A stretch of 54,487 bases of DNA from Actinomycetota bacterium (GCA_003157385.1 PMJJ01000092.1:1-54487); one strand, 5' to 3'; positions 23,942-33,156 are shown, counted from the first letter of the stretch. Notes: generated by a model not told the origin, from the sequence alone. Numbers and translations: made by a program.

Positions 23942-26314
23942 TCAACCCCCTCTTTCCTTGGTCGCCACGGCCAGTTCAACGCGCTTCACATAGCGCAGCG
24001 ACGGGACCTGGCAGATGAGGAGGATGATTATTATTCCGATGCTGACCATCCAGTAGCTGCGAGGGTAGACGACCAGAGAGAGGCTCATGTAGTCGGTCGC
24101 CTGCAGCGTCATGGCGTAGCGGCCCAGCTCCACGCCCAGGATCAGTCCGGGAACGATTGCCAGCAGGCCGAAGATAAGGTTCTCGAAGGTCGTCATGGCG
24201 GAGATCTTCCAGGGTTCGGTGCCAATCGTTCTGATAGTGGCGATCTCGCGCTCGCGCTCCAGTATGTTGATGGTTATGGTGTTGAACGTCAGGGTGAAGG
24301 CCATCAGCAGCGCGAACATAAGCATGACGTAGATGATTATGTACATCAGGCTCATGTACTGGTCTACTTCTCTCTTGATCTCGGCCAGGTCGATGATTGC
24401 CGACATCCCGGGTATCTTCTGCAGTTCCTGACGCACTTTCGCCTGCGCGCCCGGCAATGTCCTGACGTAAAAACTGCCCCGCGAGGCCACGCCGTAGTCC
24501 AGGAGCTGCTGGGCGTATTTCCTCTCGAGGTAGACGATGTTGCCCATGGGTTCCTCGATGAAGTCGCCGACGATGAAGTCCCTTGAGCCCCATGACGTCT
24601 CTAGCGTGACCACCTGCCCGGTCTGTATGCCCTTCTTGATGTGGAAGAACTGGTTCAACAGCACGTGGTTGTCGGTGAGATACACTTCCTGACGCGACGC
24701 GGTGAAGAACTTGCGCATGTCGGTGTTGGGATCGAGCCCCATCATGACGGTGTCCGCCCCGGACCCGCCGCCTTGCCAGGACACGTGGACGCTGGAACCG
24801 GTGGTGGCCTCCACCTCGGAGACCCCGTCAATGCGCTGGATGCGGTTTATCACCGCCTCGTCGCGGCCTCCCAGAAAAATAGCCACCATGTCAAAACGGT
24901 TGTTGAGGCTGAAGCCGCGGTTCAGCGCGTCGCCCGCCGTGTTGAGAACGGCCAGGAAGACCAGCACTATCATCACCGAGAAGGTCAGGCCGAGCAGGGT
25001 GAACGCTGTGCGCCGCTTGTTCCTGGAGATGTTCCTGATCGGCAGCTTGATGAACATCGGCGCCTTGCTCATGAAGGGGAATATCCTCTCCAGCAGCGGG
25101 CGGTGGTAGATCGTCTCCAGGGTCTCGCCTCGCATCGCCTTGGACGGGTCCAGGCGGGCCGAACTGGCCGCCGGTATCAGGCCGGCAAACGCGCAGAAGA
25201 GCAACGAGAGCGCGACGCCGTTGCCCAGGACGTTCCAGTACGTCTTGATCTTCACCAGGGGAAAGCCCAGCGTGTCGGCGTAGACCTTGGTTATCATGAT
25301 GGCGAGGCCGTAGCCTGCTATCACTCCCAGGACCGCGCCTATGACCCCGATGATGAGAGCGAAAGAGAGGTAGTGGCGGAGTATCTGGCTCCGCTTGTAA
25401 CCCATCGCCCGCATGACGCCGATGAACGGACGCTGCGTGTACACCAACCGTGACAGGAGTATGTAGATGCTGAAGCAGGCGATGCCCAGGAAGAGGAGGG
25501 GGAAGAAGAGGGCAAAGCTCTTCATGCCTTTGAGGTCCATCTGCAGCATCTTGTTGCCCTGGTGCTGGTCGAGGGTGGTGATCTCCTGGATGCCGGTGTC
25601 TTTCATGACTGACTCGACTCCGGTGATCTGCGTGTCGACCTTGCTGTAGTCCTTGACCTTGAAGACCATCTGGTTGTAGGAGTTGCCCGTGTTGGACATC
25701 CACTGCCCGTCCGCCACGGGGACGAACAGAATGGCCATCGTGCTCGAGGAGAGCATGGGGCTGAAGTCGCCCTTCTCGCCCGCGAGAACCAGGTACTCCG
25801 GGCTGCCGGCTATGCCGATGACCTTGATCGGGATGTTCGCGCCGTTGCGGACATAGGTGAGGTAGTCGCCGGGCTTCAGCTTGTAGAAGTCCGCCGTGTG
25901 CTTCTCCACAATGCACACGTGGGTGTCGCCCTTTTTGAAGAACCTGCCCTCCTTCACCAGGAGATCGTCGACCATGGGCCTCTGGTAGGGTATGCCCGTG
26001 ACGCGCCCGATGAGCTTCTTGCCATCCGGCATCAACATGGAGACGTCCGAGCGCGTCCTGGGGGTGGACAGAGTCACGCCCGGCACCTTCGCGGCCTGGT
26101 CGGCGACGTAGCGGGGTATCTGGTCGGACTTTACCGTGAAGTCGGCGAAGTTAAGTTTCTGGTAGGTGTATTCGTAAGAGGTCTTCAGGTTCTGGTAGGA
26201 CATGGAGGACGCGATGAATATCATCACGCCTATCATGACGACCAGCGTGATCGCAACAAACCTCACCTTGGCGCCCAGGATCTCGCGCAGGAGCTTGGTG
26301 CTCATGGCGTTCAT
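23942..26314 (-). CDS. ABC-transporter permease with two FtsX-like domains (MacB-type)
   Basis: Two repeats of TM + large extracytoplasmic loop + three TM. The start is trimmed to ATG 26314 (MNAMSTKLLREILG...). No ATPase gene is adjacent. Confidence 0.85.
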   Translation of the reverse strand: MNAMSTKLLREILGAKVRFVAITLVVMIGVMIFIASSMSYQNLKTSYEYTYQKLNFADFTVKSDQIPRYVADQAAKVPGVTLSTPRTRSDVSMLMPDGKKLIGRVTGIPYQRPMVDDLLVKEGRFFKKGDTHVCIVEKHTADFYKLKPGDYLTYVRNGANIPIKVIGIAGSPEYLVLAGEKGDFSPMLSSSTMAILFVPVADGQWMSNTGNSYNQMVFKVKDYSKVDTQITGVESVMKDTGIQEITTLDQHQGNKMLQMDLKGMKSFALFFPLLFLGIACFSIYILLSRLVYTQRPFIGVMRAMGYKRSQILRHYLSFALIIGVIGAVLGVIAGYGLAIMITKVYADTLGFPLVKIKTYWNVLGNGVALSLLFCAFAGLIPAASSARLDPSKAMRGETLETIYHRPLLERIFPFMSKAPMFIKLPIRNISRNKRRTAFTLLGLTFSVMIVLVFLAVLNTAGDALNRGFSLNNRFDMVAIFLGGRDEAVINRIQRIDGVSEVEATTGSSVHVSWQGGGSGADTVMMGLDPNTDMRKFFTASRQEVYLTDNHVLLNQFFHIKKGIQTGQVVTLETSWGSRDFIVGDFIEEPMGNIVYLERKYAQQLLDYGVASRGSFYVRTLPGAQAKVRQELQKIPGMSAIIDLAEIKREVDQYMSLMYIIIYVMLMFALLMAFTLTFNTITINILEREREIATIRTIGTEPWKISAMTTFENLIFGLLAIVPGLILGVELGRYAMTLQATDYMSLSLVVYPRSYWMVSIGIIIILLICQVPSLRYVKRVELAVATKERGG

Positions 26315-26767
26315 CTCAGGCTTTTTGAATCGCTTCACAGTCCGTCCGTTTCGGTCCTGGCTTACATCAGGGCACAATAATCTTGACGAGAGCCACCGGC
26401 CGGTTGTTCGGGCCACCAGGCGCAACAAGGCGACTCAAGAGTCCGCCACCCGTCAGATATGATAGCGCATACAAGTAAAGAAGGCCTTGATGGAGGCATT
26501 ACAAGTGGTTATTGGGTTTCCAGGAGTACTGGCACCTCTCTCGTGCTTATGTCCCATAATATATATTATGTAAACTTATGACGAACTTTCCTATAAATCT
26601 CTTAATCTCTCTCCTCCTCTCTCTTCTTACGCAAATCAATCACACAAACTACTGGATGTCATTCCCCGATAGCCTGATAGATGATGCAAGGTCCGCGAGT
26701 CGTAGAATCTTGGACGAGCAGTCACCTGGTGGGCGCAGCGGGTCCCCTACCCTATCGCGAGGTTTTA

Positions 26768-27253
26768 ATGGAAGGCACACCGGCCGAGCGGGACATCATC
26801 ATAGCTGAGGCGAACGCGCACGAGGCTCCGGAACTCCTCGAGGTGCAGAAGCGTGCATTTCTGCTGGAGGCTGAGCGCTACGACGCCTGCTCGATGCCTC
26901 CTTTGACCGAGACGGTTCGGGAGGTGAGGGAGGCTTTCGCCGAGAGCACTATCCTGAAGGCCGAGATGGAAGGCCGGATCGTCGGGGTCGTCAGGGCCAC
27001 CAGCAAAGGCGGGACGTGTCTGATCGGGCGCCTGGCGGTCGAGCCTGACCTTCAGGACAGGGGGATCGGTACGGCGTTGCTCGCCGAGGCCGAGGCTCGC
27101 TGCGGCGACGCCCCCCGGCTGGAGCTGTTCGTCGGGTCGAGGAGCCACAAGGACATCCACATCTACGAGAAGATGGGCTACAGGACTTACAAGGCAGAGG
27201 ACATCCGCGACGACATAAAGCTCCTCCATATGGAGAAGCTCAGGCCGCGCTAG
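26768..27253 (+). CDS. GNAT-family N-acetyltransferase
   Basis: VGVVRAT....IGRLAVEPDLQDRGIGTALL matches the acetyl-CoA-binding motif A. Internal ATG 26768 chosen. Confidence 0.8.
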   Translation: MEGTPAERDIIIAEANAHEAPELLEVQKRAFLLEAERYDACSMPPLTETVREVREAFAESTILKAEMEGRIVGVVRATSKGGTCLIGRLAVEPDLQDRGIGTALLAEAEARCGDAPRLELFVGSRSHKDIHIYEKMGYRTYKAEDIRDDIKLLHMEKLRPR

Positions 27254-27804
27254 GAATAGAGCTTCCCGATGCTCGCCTCGAGCATCTCGTTATAGCGCTC
27301 GTTGAGGAAGTAGCCCATGTCCTGGTCGAACTCGATCACGTTCTCACGCCGGTACTGGTCCTCCGCCCGCCTGGTCATGCTGGTGAGCGCGACCGTCAGG
27401 TCGTGTATGTCGTACTTCTCGTCGCCCAGGGTCTCGGCCATCGAGTCTATCAGCTCCGGAATCATCATCCCGCGCTTCTTGGCCAGCAGCACTTTTATCG
27501 CGGTGAGCTCGTTCTCGCTGAGATCGGCCACGTAGCGGTCGAGTTCGCCCTGGGTCCAGGTGTCCGGCTGGGGCACCATCACGATCCAGGTCTCAGTCGA
27601 CTCTATGCCGTCTATTCCCCTCACGGTGGAGAGGATGGTGTTCTGCAGCGTCTCCAGGTCCGGGCCGCGCATGACCGCTACGACGTCGACGTGTCCCGAT
27701 ACGCCCTCCGCCGATATGACCTGCGGCATTCCCGACAGCAGCCGCATGACCTCATCGAGCTTGCCGGCCGCCACCTTGATGAAAACGTAAGCCTTCTTCT
27801 TCAC
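27250..27804 (-). CDS. Protein with N-terminal Lrp/AsnC ligand-binding (RAM) domain and uncharacterised C-terminal domain
   Basis: Residues 1-80 (YVFIKV...VISAEGVSGHVDVVAVMRG...GIESTETWIVM) fit the AsnC_trans_reg pattern. The C-terminal ~100 aa are helical and unassigned. Confidence 0.7.
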   Translation of the reverse strand: MKKKAYVFIKVAAGKLDEVMRLLSGMPQVISAEGVSGHVDVVAVMRGPDLETLQNTILSTVRGIDGIESTETWIVMVPQPDTWTQGELDRYVADLSENELTAIKVLLAKKRGMMIPELIDSMAETLGDEKYDIHDLTVALTSMTRRAEDQYRRENVIEFDQDMGYFLNERYNEMLEASIGKLYS

Positions 27805-27825
27805 GACTTCCCCCTTGCGTGCTAT

Positions 27826-27993
27826 CTAGTGCTCCGTCCCACAGATACCTTGAAATTCGAGCTCCGCTGCATCCACGCCTGCCGCGTTCCGCTCCCTCTG
27901 AGTACTCAGCGAGTACGACTCGGTCGCGCGCCTTGCAGACGCCGCGAGGAGACGCTCTCGGTGCTTCAAGCTCCCTGTGGGACGGAACACTAG
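27826..27993. repeat. Long-range inverted repeat (19-bp arms, 18/19 match) enclosing a 12-bp perfect palindrome
   Basis: ctagtgctccgtcccacag at 27826-27844 pairs with ctgtgggacggaacactag at 27975-27993. The internal palindrome ctgagtactcag lies at 27898-27909. Confidence 0.7.
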
Positions 27994-29597
27994 AGCTTCG
28001 AGACGTCGATCTTTGCCGCGAGCTCGTCCCTGAGCACTCGCTTCAGTACCTTCAAAGTCATCCCGTAGGGCATCTGCGAGCGGACCTCCACGTATCGCGG
28101 TGCCTTGTACTCGGCGATGTTCTCGCGGCACCAGGCCATCAGTTCCGCATCGGTCAGCTCTGCCCCCGCGACGGGGGTGCACACCGCCGCCACGATCTCT
28201 ACCTTGGTCGGGTGGGGTATGCCTACCACGGCCACCTCGTCCACCGCGGGGTGGCCGCGGATCTCCTCTTCCACCTCTTTGGAGAAGACCGAGTAGCCTC
28301 CCGCCTTCACCACGTCTTTCTTGCGGTCCACGAAATAGAGCAGCCCGTACTTGCCCTTGCGCACCATGTCGCCGGTATGGAACCACCCGCCGGCGAAGGC
28401 CTCTTCATTCTTCTCGGAGTCGTCCCAGTATCCTTTGGTGATGTTGGGCCCCCTCACCACCAGCTCCCCGGGCTCTCCGGCGGGCACGCGGTTGCCTTCC
28501 TCGTCCCAGACCTGGGTCCTCACCGGGAAGACGGGTATGCCCACGCAGCCCTGCTCGAAGGACTTGAACTTCGTGGACAGCTTGAGCGCTGTTATCGGGC
28601 TTGTCTCCACCTGGCCGTAGCCCTCGAAGAACATCCCGCCGTAGCCCATGAACTGCTGGATCTGCTCGAGCGGCATCGCGTCCGCCCCGCTGGCCCAGAG
28701 CCTCACCGAAGAGAGGTCGTAGTCGTCGATGCGGCTGTGGACGAGCATCGAGAACATGGCCGGCACCCCGACGAAGACGGTTATCTTTCTGTCCTGTATC
28801 AGCTCCAGCGTCCTCACCGGGTGAAAGTACTTCATGAAATATCCCGGCGTGCCCAGCATGAAGCACAGGAGGCCCACGCAGAAGCCCATCAGGTGGGCGC
28901 TTGGCAGCGCCGACAGCCCCATGTCCCTGGGGGTTATCGGCAGCACGGCGGCGGTTATGCGCTGCGTGGTGAGCAGGTTGTGGCTGGTCATCATAGCGCC
29001 CTTGGGATAACCGGTCGTGCCCGACGTGTAGAAGATGGCCGCGGTTGCGTCCCGGTGGAGCCTGAAGGGGACGCAGGTGTCGGACGCCCCCTCCATCAGT
29101 TCATCGAGGGAGGCGAAACCTTGCGGGCACTCGCTGCGAGGTCCGGCCATGACCCAGTTGTTGACCCCCGAGATCACGTCGCGGTCCTTGATGTTGGTAT
29201 TGAAGACGTCGGGGTCGGTCACAACATGGGCGGCGCCGCAGTTCTCGGTGATGTACTTTATCTCGGAGCCCTTGAGCATGTAGTTCAGAGGGACCGCGAT
29301 GGCGCCTATCTTGAAGCAGGCGTAGCAGAGCATCAACAGTTCGATCCTGTTGCCCATCGCGATGACCACTCTGTCACTGGGCTTCACGCCCACCTCGGTC
29401 AGCGCATTCGCGAGCTTGTTGACAAAGATGAGGTTCTGGCTGAAGGTGAGGGAATCCGTGGAGATGGAACCGTAGTCCAGTGGTTCGTCCAGGAAGGCGA
29501 GCGGCGCGTCGCCGTAGACCGCGGCCGCCTTGTCCCAGAAGTTCGACATGGACAGCCTTGGATCGGCGATCAGCTTGAACTTGGTAAAGTAAGACAT
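27990..29597 (-). CDS. AMP-dependent acyl-CoA synthetase/ligase
   Basis: AMP-binding motif IFYTSGTTGYPKGAM, with TGD and GGYSVF further on. Start set at ATG 29597 (MSYFTKF...); GTG 29636 remains possible. Confidence 0.9.
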   Translation of the reverse strand: MSYFTKFKLIADPRLSMSNFWDKAAAVYGDAPLAFLDEPLDYGSISTDSLTFSQNLIFVNKLANALTEVGVKPSDRVVIAMGNRIELLMLCYACFKIGAIAVPLNYMLKGSEIKYITENCGAAHVVTDPDVFNTNIKDRDVISGVNNWVMAGPRSECPQGFASLDELMEGASDTCVPFRLHRDATAAIFYTSGTTGYPKGAMMTSHNLLTTQRITAAVLPITPRDMGLSALPSAHLMGFCVGLLCFMLGTPGYFMKYFHPVRTLELIQDRKITVFVGVPAMFSMLVHSRIDDYDLSSVRLWASGADAMPLEQIQQFMGYGGMFFEGYGQVETSPITALKLSTKFKSFEQGCVGIPVFPVRTQVWDEEGNRVPAGEPGELVVRGPNITKGYWDDSEKNEEAFAGGWFHTGDMVRKGKYGLLYFVDRKKDVVKAGGYSVFSKEVEEEIRGHPAVDEVAVVGIPHPTKVEIVAAVCTPVAGAELTDAELMAWCRENIAEYKAPRYVEVRSQMPYGMTLKVLKRVLRDELAAKIDVSKL

Positions 29598-29735
29598 CGA
29601 CACCCGCCTTCCCGTCACATCCTCCCGGACATTCACGCTGAGAGTATACTACGTATCCGCACCGCCTTTCCCCTGTCAGCCGACCTGTTCAAGCGGGCGG
29701 TTGGTTGTTATAAACTCGTATGCGAAAGCACCGGA

Positions 29736-30545
29736 ATGGAGGCCGGATTGATTATCATCGGAGAGAAGATAAACGGGACTCTTGCCCACGTAAGAGACGC
29801 GGTCCTGGATAAGAACGCAGACCTCATAAGCGCTCTTGCCCGCGGGCAGGACGAGGCCGGGGCCGACTATATCGACGTCAACGTGGCCACGGGGATCAGT
29901 GACGAGCGCGAAGCGATGCTCTGGGCCATCGACGTCGTTCGCGGCGCGACCTCCCTCCCCCTCTGCCTCGACTCCTCTGACCCGGCTGTGCTGGAGGCGG
30001 GCCTTCAAGCCTGCGGCGACGAACATCCGCTGATCAACAGCGTCACCGGCTCGGCCGCGAGCATGGGCCCGGTGCTCGCTCTCACAGCCAGGCATTCCTG
30101 CGGCGTCGTGGCGCTGCCGATGGACGAGGCCGGCATCCCCACGTCGGCGGGCGCGCGACTGGAAGTGTGCAGGAGGATACACGCTTCGGCGCTGAAGGCC
30201 GGCGTAGCCGCGGAGGACATCTTCTTCGATCCGCTGGTCCTGCCGCTGAGCGCGGACTTCACCCAGGGCAGGGTGACGATCGATACGCTTGCGTCCATCA
30301 AGAGCGAGTTCGAGGACAGCCGGACCGTGATGGGCGCCAGCAACGCGTCGTTCGGCCTGCCGGCGCGCTCGCTGATCAACCGGGCGCTGTTGTCGTTGGC
30401 GTGTTACTTCGGGCTCGACGCGGCGATAGTCGACCCGACCGACTCAGCTCTCCGCGCCGCCATACTGTCGGCCGACGTGGTGGCGGGCAGGGACAAGTAC
30501 TGTAAGGATTACATGAAGGCGTTTCGCTCGGGCGGACTGGGGTGA
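29736..30545 (+). CDS. Pterin-binding-domain methyltransferase (MeTr/MtrH/DHPS-like)
   Basis: The real gene is the C-terminal 269 aa of track ORF 27819..30545: IIIGEKINGT...DYIDVN...PLCLDSS...LINSV, the methyl-THF:corrinoid methyltransferase pattern. Confidence 0.8.
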   Translation: MEAGLIIIGEKINGTLAHVRDAVLDKNADLISALARGQDEAGADYIDVNVATGISDEREAMLWAIDVVRGATSLPLCLDSSDPAVLEAGLQACGDEHPLINSVTGSAASMGPVLALTARHSCGVVALPMDEAGIPTSAGARLEVCRRIHASALKAGVAAEDIFFDPLVLPLSADFTQGRVTIDTLASIKSEFEDSRTVMGASNASFGLPARSLINRALLSLACYFGLDAAIVDPTDSALRAAILSADVVAGRDKYCKDYMKAFRSGGLG

Positions 30546-31048
30546 TGGCAGTGGCACAAGTTGGGGTCAACGGGCCGACGAGCCGACGGAGGGTCATCAT
30601 CGGCTCCTCCGTGATAAGCCTGCTGGGCATAACCTTCGGGTCCTGCCTGGTCGTCGCGGGCAGCGCGCTTACCTGGCGGTCGGACCGCATCCTGGGCCTG
30701 TACAACCAGTCAGGCTGGAAGTACTCCAATATCGCGGGCGGCGACGGCAAGATAACGATGGCGCTGGGCGCCGTGATGGCAGTCACGCTCGTCGCCGGGG
30801 TGCTGTTCCAGAGCCGGGCGCTTTACGCGGTGGCGCTGGCCGCAGATATCTGCGTCGCCGGCTTCATACTCTTCGAGCTCATCTATCTGGGAGCCGCCTC
30901 CGGTGTGGTCAGCCCCGGCAACGGCCTGTACATGGTGCTGGGAGGGAGCGTGGCCGGATTCCTCTGCTGCCTTGGCGGCTACCTGATGATGACCGAGACC
31001 CGGGCACAGGCCAAGGTGCAGCTGCTCGAGGCGCCGTCAGCCGACTGA
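30542..31048 (+). CDS. Hypothetical membrane protein (about 4 TM)
   Basis: GTGATG overlap with the preceding stop. Four hydrophobic segments. Confidence 0.55.
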   Translation: MMAVAQVGVNGPTSRRRVIIGSSVISLLGITFGSCLVVAGSALTWRSDRILGLYNQSGWKYSNIAGGDGKITMALGAVMAVTLVAGVLFQSRALYAVALAADICVAGFILFELIYLGAASGVVSPGNGLYMVLGGSVAGFLCCLGGYLMMTETRAQAKVQLLEAPSAD

Positions 31049-32398
31049 GTCCTCACGGGCGCCGCGCGGCATCGCCTCTATCCATTCTTCGAGCCTGCCC
31101 GGCCTGTACAGGGGCGGGTAATCGATGTAGTGGTCCATGGTGCGGCCGGCCAGCCGCCCGGCGCGGACGATGCCCGGCATCGCGCCGATGACCTTCATCA
31201 TCCCGCGCAGCTTGGGGACGAGTTGCTTGAAGCCCAGCCTGGGAACCTCCGGGAAAAGCCCACTGAAGACCTCACCTGGCCCCAGCACCCCCGTTCTCAG
31301 CATCGCGTTGAGGTCGGCCACGTCCTGCGTGTCGGCGTGGCGCCGGATCACGTCGTAGTATGCGAGCACCGCCCCCCTGGCCAGCATGAAGCCTTGGTTG
31401 TATCCCCACAGCGCCGCACGGTCCGACCTGCCCGTCTCCAGCGCCCGCAAGACGGACTCCGCGCAGAGGTCCGCGGCCAGCAGGGCCGAGGCGGTCCCGG
31501 ACCCGTGCGCCGGGATGACCTGGCAGGCGCTGTCCCCCAGAACCACCAGGCCGTCGGCCACAAAGGTGTCAAGCGGCCGCCTGATCGGTATGGGACCGCC
31601 GTCACCGAACACCTTCTCCCCGATGAACGGTCGCTCGGCAAGAAAGGCGGCAAAGCGCTCTTCGGCGTCGGGCCCGCTTCCCGGCTTCACCCCGATGAGG
31701 ATATCGGCAAACCCGCGCTCGATATCCAGGAAGCAGGTCTCGATGGAGTAAGGACCCTGTGTCCCTATCCTGTCCAGCCGCGCGCGGTCCATCATGTGAC
31801 CCTCGCGGATGTTCTCGCGGGCGGAGTCCCGGTCTATCAGGCGGGTCTCGCGGCGGGCGAGCACGATCTGGGACGGCGTGAGTCCGTCGCAAACCCTCCA
31901 TCCCGGCGGCGTCTGACGCCTTATCGCGCCCCCGATGCCCGTGCAGTCCGCTGTTATAGATGCGGTAACCACCATCTCTCCGGAGAGAGCGCTCATGCGC
32001 ACGCCGGCGATCGAGTCACCCTCTATGAGCGGCCCCAGCACCGACCTTTCCGTCTCCAGCACGGCGCCGCTTTCGACCGCCCACTGCGCGAGCCTCCTCA
32101 CGTAGAGCGCGTTCCTGACCGGGAGGATCGGCGAAGGAAGGAGCTCCACCATGAGGTCCCGTGCGGTGGTCACCAGGTAGGTCGCATCGGGCTCCTCGAA
32201 CAGATCTGCGGCCTCGGGCGCAGGGACCCCGGCCGCCTCGAAGGTGCCGCCAGCGACGTCGACCACCCAGTCCCTCCCCTGTCCAGGCGCGGAGGCTCGC
32301 TCCAGCAGCAGCACCCTGCCACCACCCGAGGCAACCTTCGCCGCCAGGGCGCAGCCCGCGGGGCCGGCGCCGCAGACCACCAGGTCCCAATCTCTCAC
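31037..32398 (-). CDS. FAD-dependent oxidoreductase (geranylgeranyl-reductase-like)
   Basis: N-terminal dinucleotide fold DLVVCGAGPAGCALA...LLLER, with a GD motif later. Confidence 0.8.
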   Translation of the reverse strand: MRDWDLVVCGAGPAGCALAAKVASGGGRVLLLERASAPGQGRDWVVDVAGGTFEAAGVPAPEAADLFEEPDATYLVTTARDLMVELLPSPILPVRNALYVRRLAQWAVESGAVLETERSVLGPLIEGDSIAGVRMSALSGEMVVTASITADCTGIGGAIRRQTPPGWRVCDGLTPSQIVLARRETRLIDRDSARENIREGHMMDRARLDRIGTQGPYSIETCFLDIERGFADILIGVKPGSGPDAEERFAAFLAERPFIGEKVFGDGGPIPIRRPLDTFVADGLVVLGDSACQVIPAHGSGTASALLAADLCAESVLRALETGRSDRAALWGYNQGFMLARGAVLAYYDVIRRHADTQDVADLNAMLRTGVLGPGEVFSGLFPEVPRLGFKQLVPKLRGMMKVIGAMPGIVRAGRLAGRTMDHYIDYPPLYRPGRLEEWIEAMPRGAREDSVG

Positions 32399-33114
32399 CT
32401 GGCCACCTTTCTCTCTTGGAGCATCCTGCCCACGGCCTCGCGCGCCCCCGAGAGGATCACGTCACCGTGGCCCGGCAGGAGGATATCAAAATCGAGCGCC
32501 ATGACCTTCTCCTCGATGCTCTCGAAGGCCGACTCCATGTCGGGCGTGTACTGCGGAGGCGGCCCGTCCAGCACGCCATCCTCGTTGCGGATGGTGTCTG
32601 ACGTGAACAGCATGCGCCGATCGGGCTGGAACAGCATCATGCTTCCCGCGGTGTGCCCCGGAGTATGGACAACCGTCAGACCCCCCATCAGGTCGATGAC
32701 GTCACCGTCGGTGAGGCGGCGGTCCACCTTGACACACTCGTAGGGATAAAGCGGCCCCAGCACCTTGTAGTAGAAAGCGCGTAATGGATCGAGCTTGAAT
32801 GTGGGATATGGCGCGGTGCCCTCCATGATGTCGGCGTCATCCTGATGAGCGACGACGTGGCAGGAGAACTGCTTCTTCAATCTGGACATCGAGCCCATGT
32901 GGTCCAGGTGGTAGTGCGTGGCGACCAGATACTCGGGGCCGGCCGGATCGCGCGATCGCAGCATCCTTCCGATCGAGCGCGTGTCCAGCGGGAACCCGGC
33001 GTCGATGAACGAGGGCCTCCCCTCCCCCACGATGTAAACGTTGCATCCCCATGTCCTGGCCATCATCCATAGCCCGGCACTTATCTGGACCAGGGGGTCA
33101 CGCACCCGCATCAC
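32395..33114 (-). CDS. MBL-fold metallo-hydrolase
   Basis: ATHYHLDHMG (HxHxDH), a later HTPGHT, and LLPGHG. GTGA overlap with the downstream gene. Confidence 0.88.
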   Translation of the reverse strand: MMRVRDPLVQISAGLWMMARTWGCNVYIVGEGRPSFIDAGFPLDTRSIGRMLRSRDPAGPEYLVATHYHLDHMGSMSRLKKQFSCHVVAHQDDADIMEGTAPYPTFKLDPLRAFYYKVLGPLYPYECVKVDRRLTDGDVIDLMGGLTVVHTPGHTAGSMMLFQPDRRMLFTSDTIRNEDGVLDGPPPQYTPDMESAFESIEEKVMALDFDILLPGHGDVILSGAREAVGRMLQERKVAR

Positions 33115-33156
33115 CGCTGATGGATAGGTATGGCTGCACGCGTTGGGCCTTTCGCC

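Noticed and set aside
26578-26808. 76-aa ORF with hydrophobic N-terminus in the AT-rich spacer
   Set aside because: It has no SD, it runs into the GNAT start in another frame, and its C-terminal half is Arg/Gly/Ser junk. It is probably non-coding.
27819-29735. N-terminal ~640 aa of the 908-aa plus-strand ORF
   Set aside because: This part is antisense to a clear AMP-binding acyl-CoA ligase and is His/Arg/Gly-rich nonsense. Only the C-terminal 269 aa, from ATG 29736, form a recognisable protein.
31130-32743. 537-aa plus-strand ORF across the FAD reductase/MBL region
   Set aside because: It is antisense to two genes with clear motifs (GAGPAG, HxHxDH), and its composition is typical of out-of-frame high-GC sequence.
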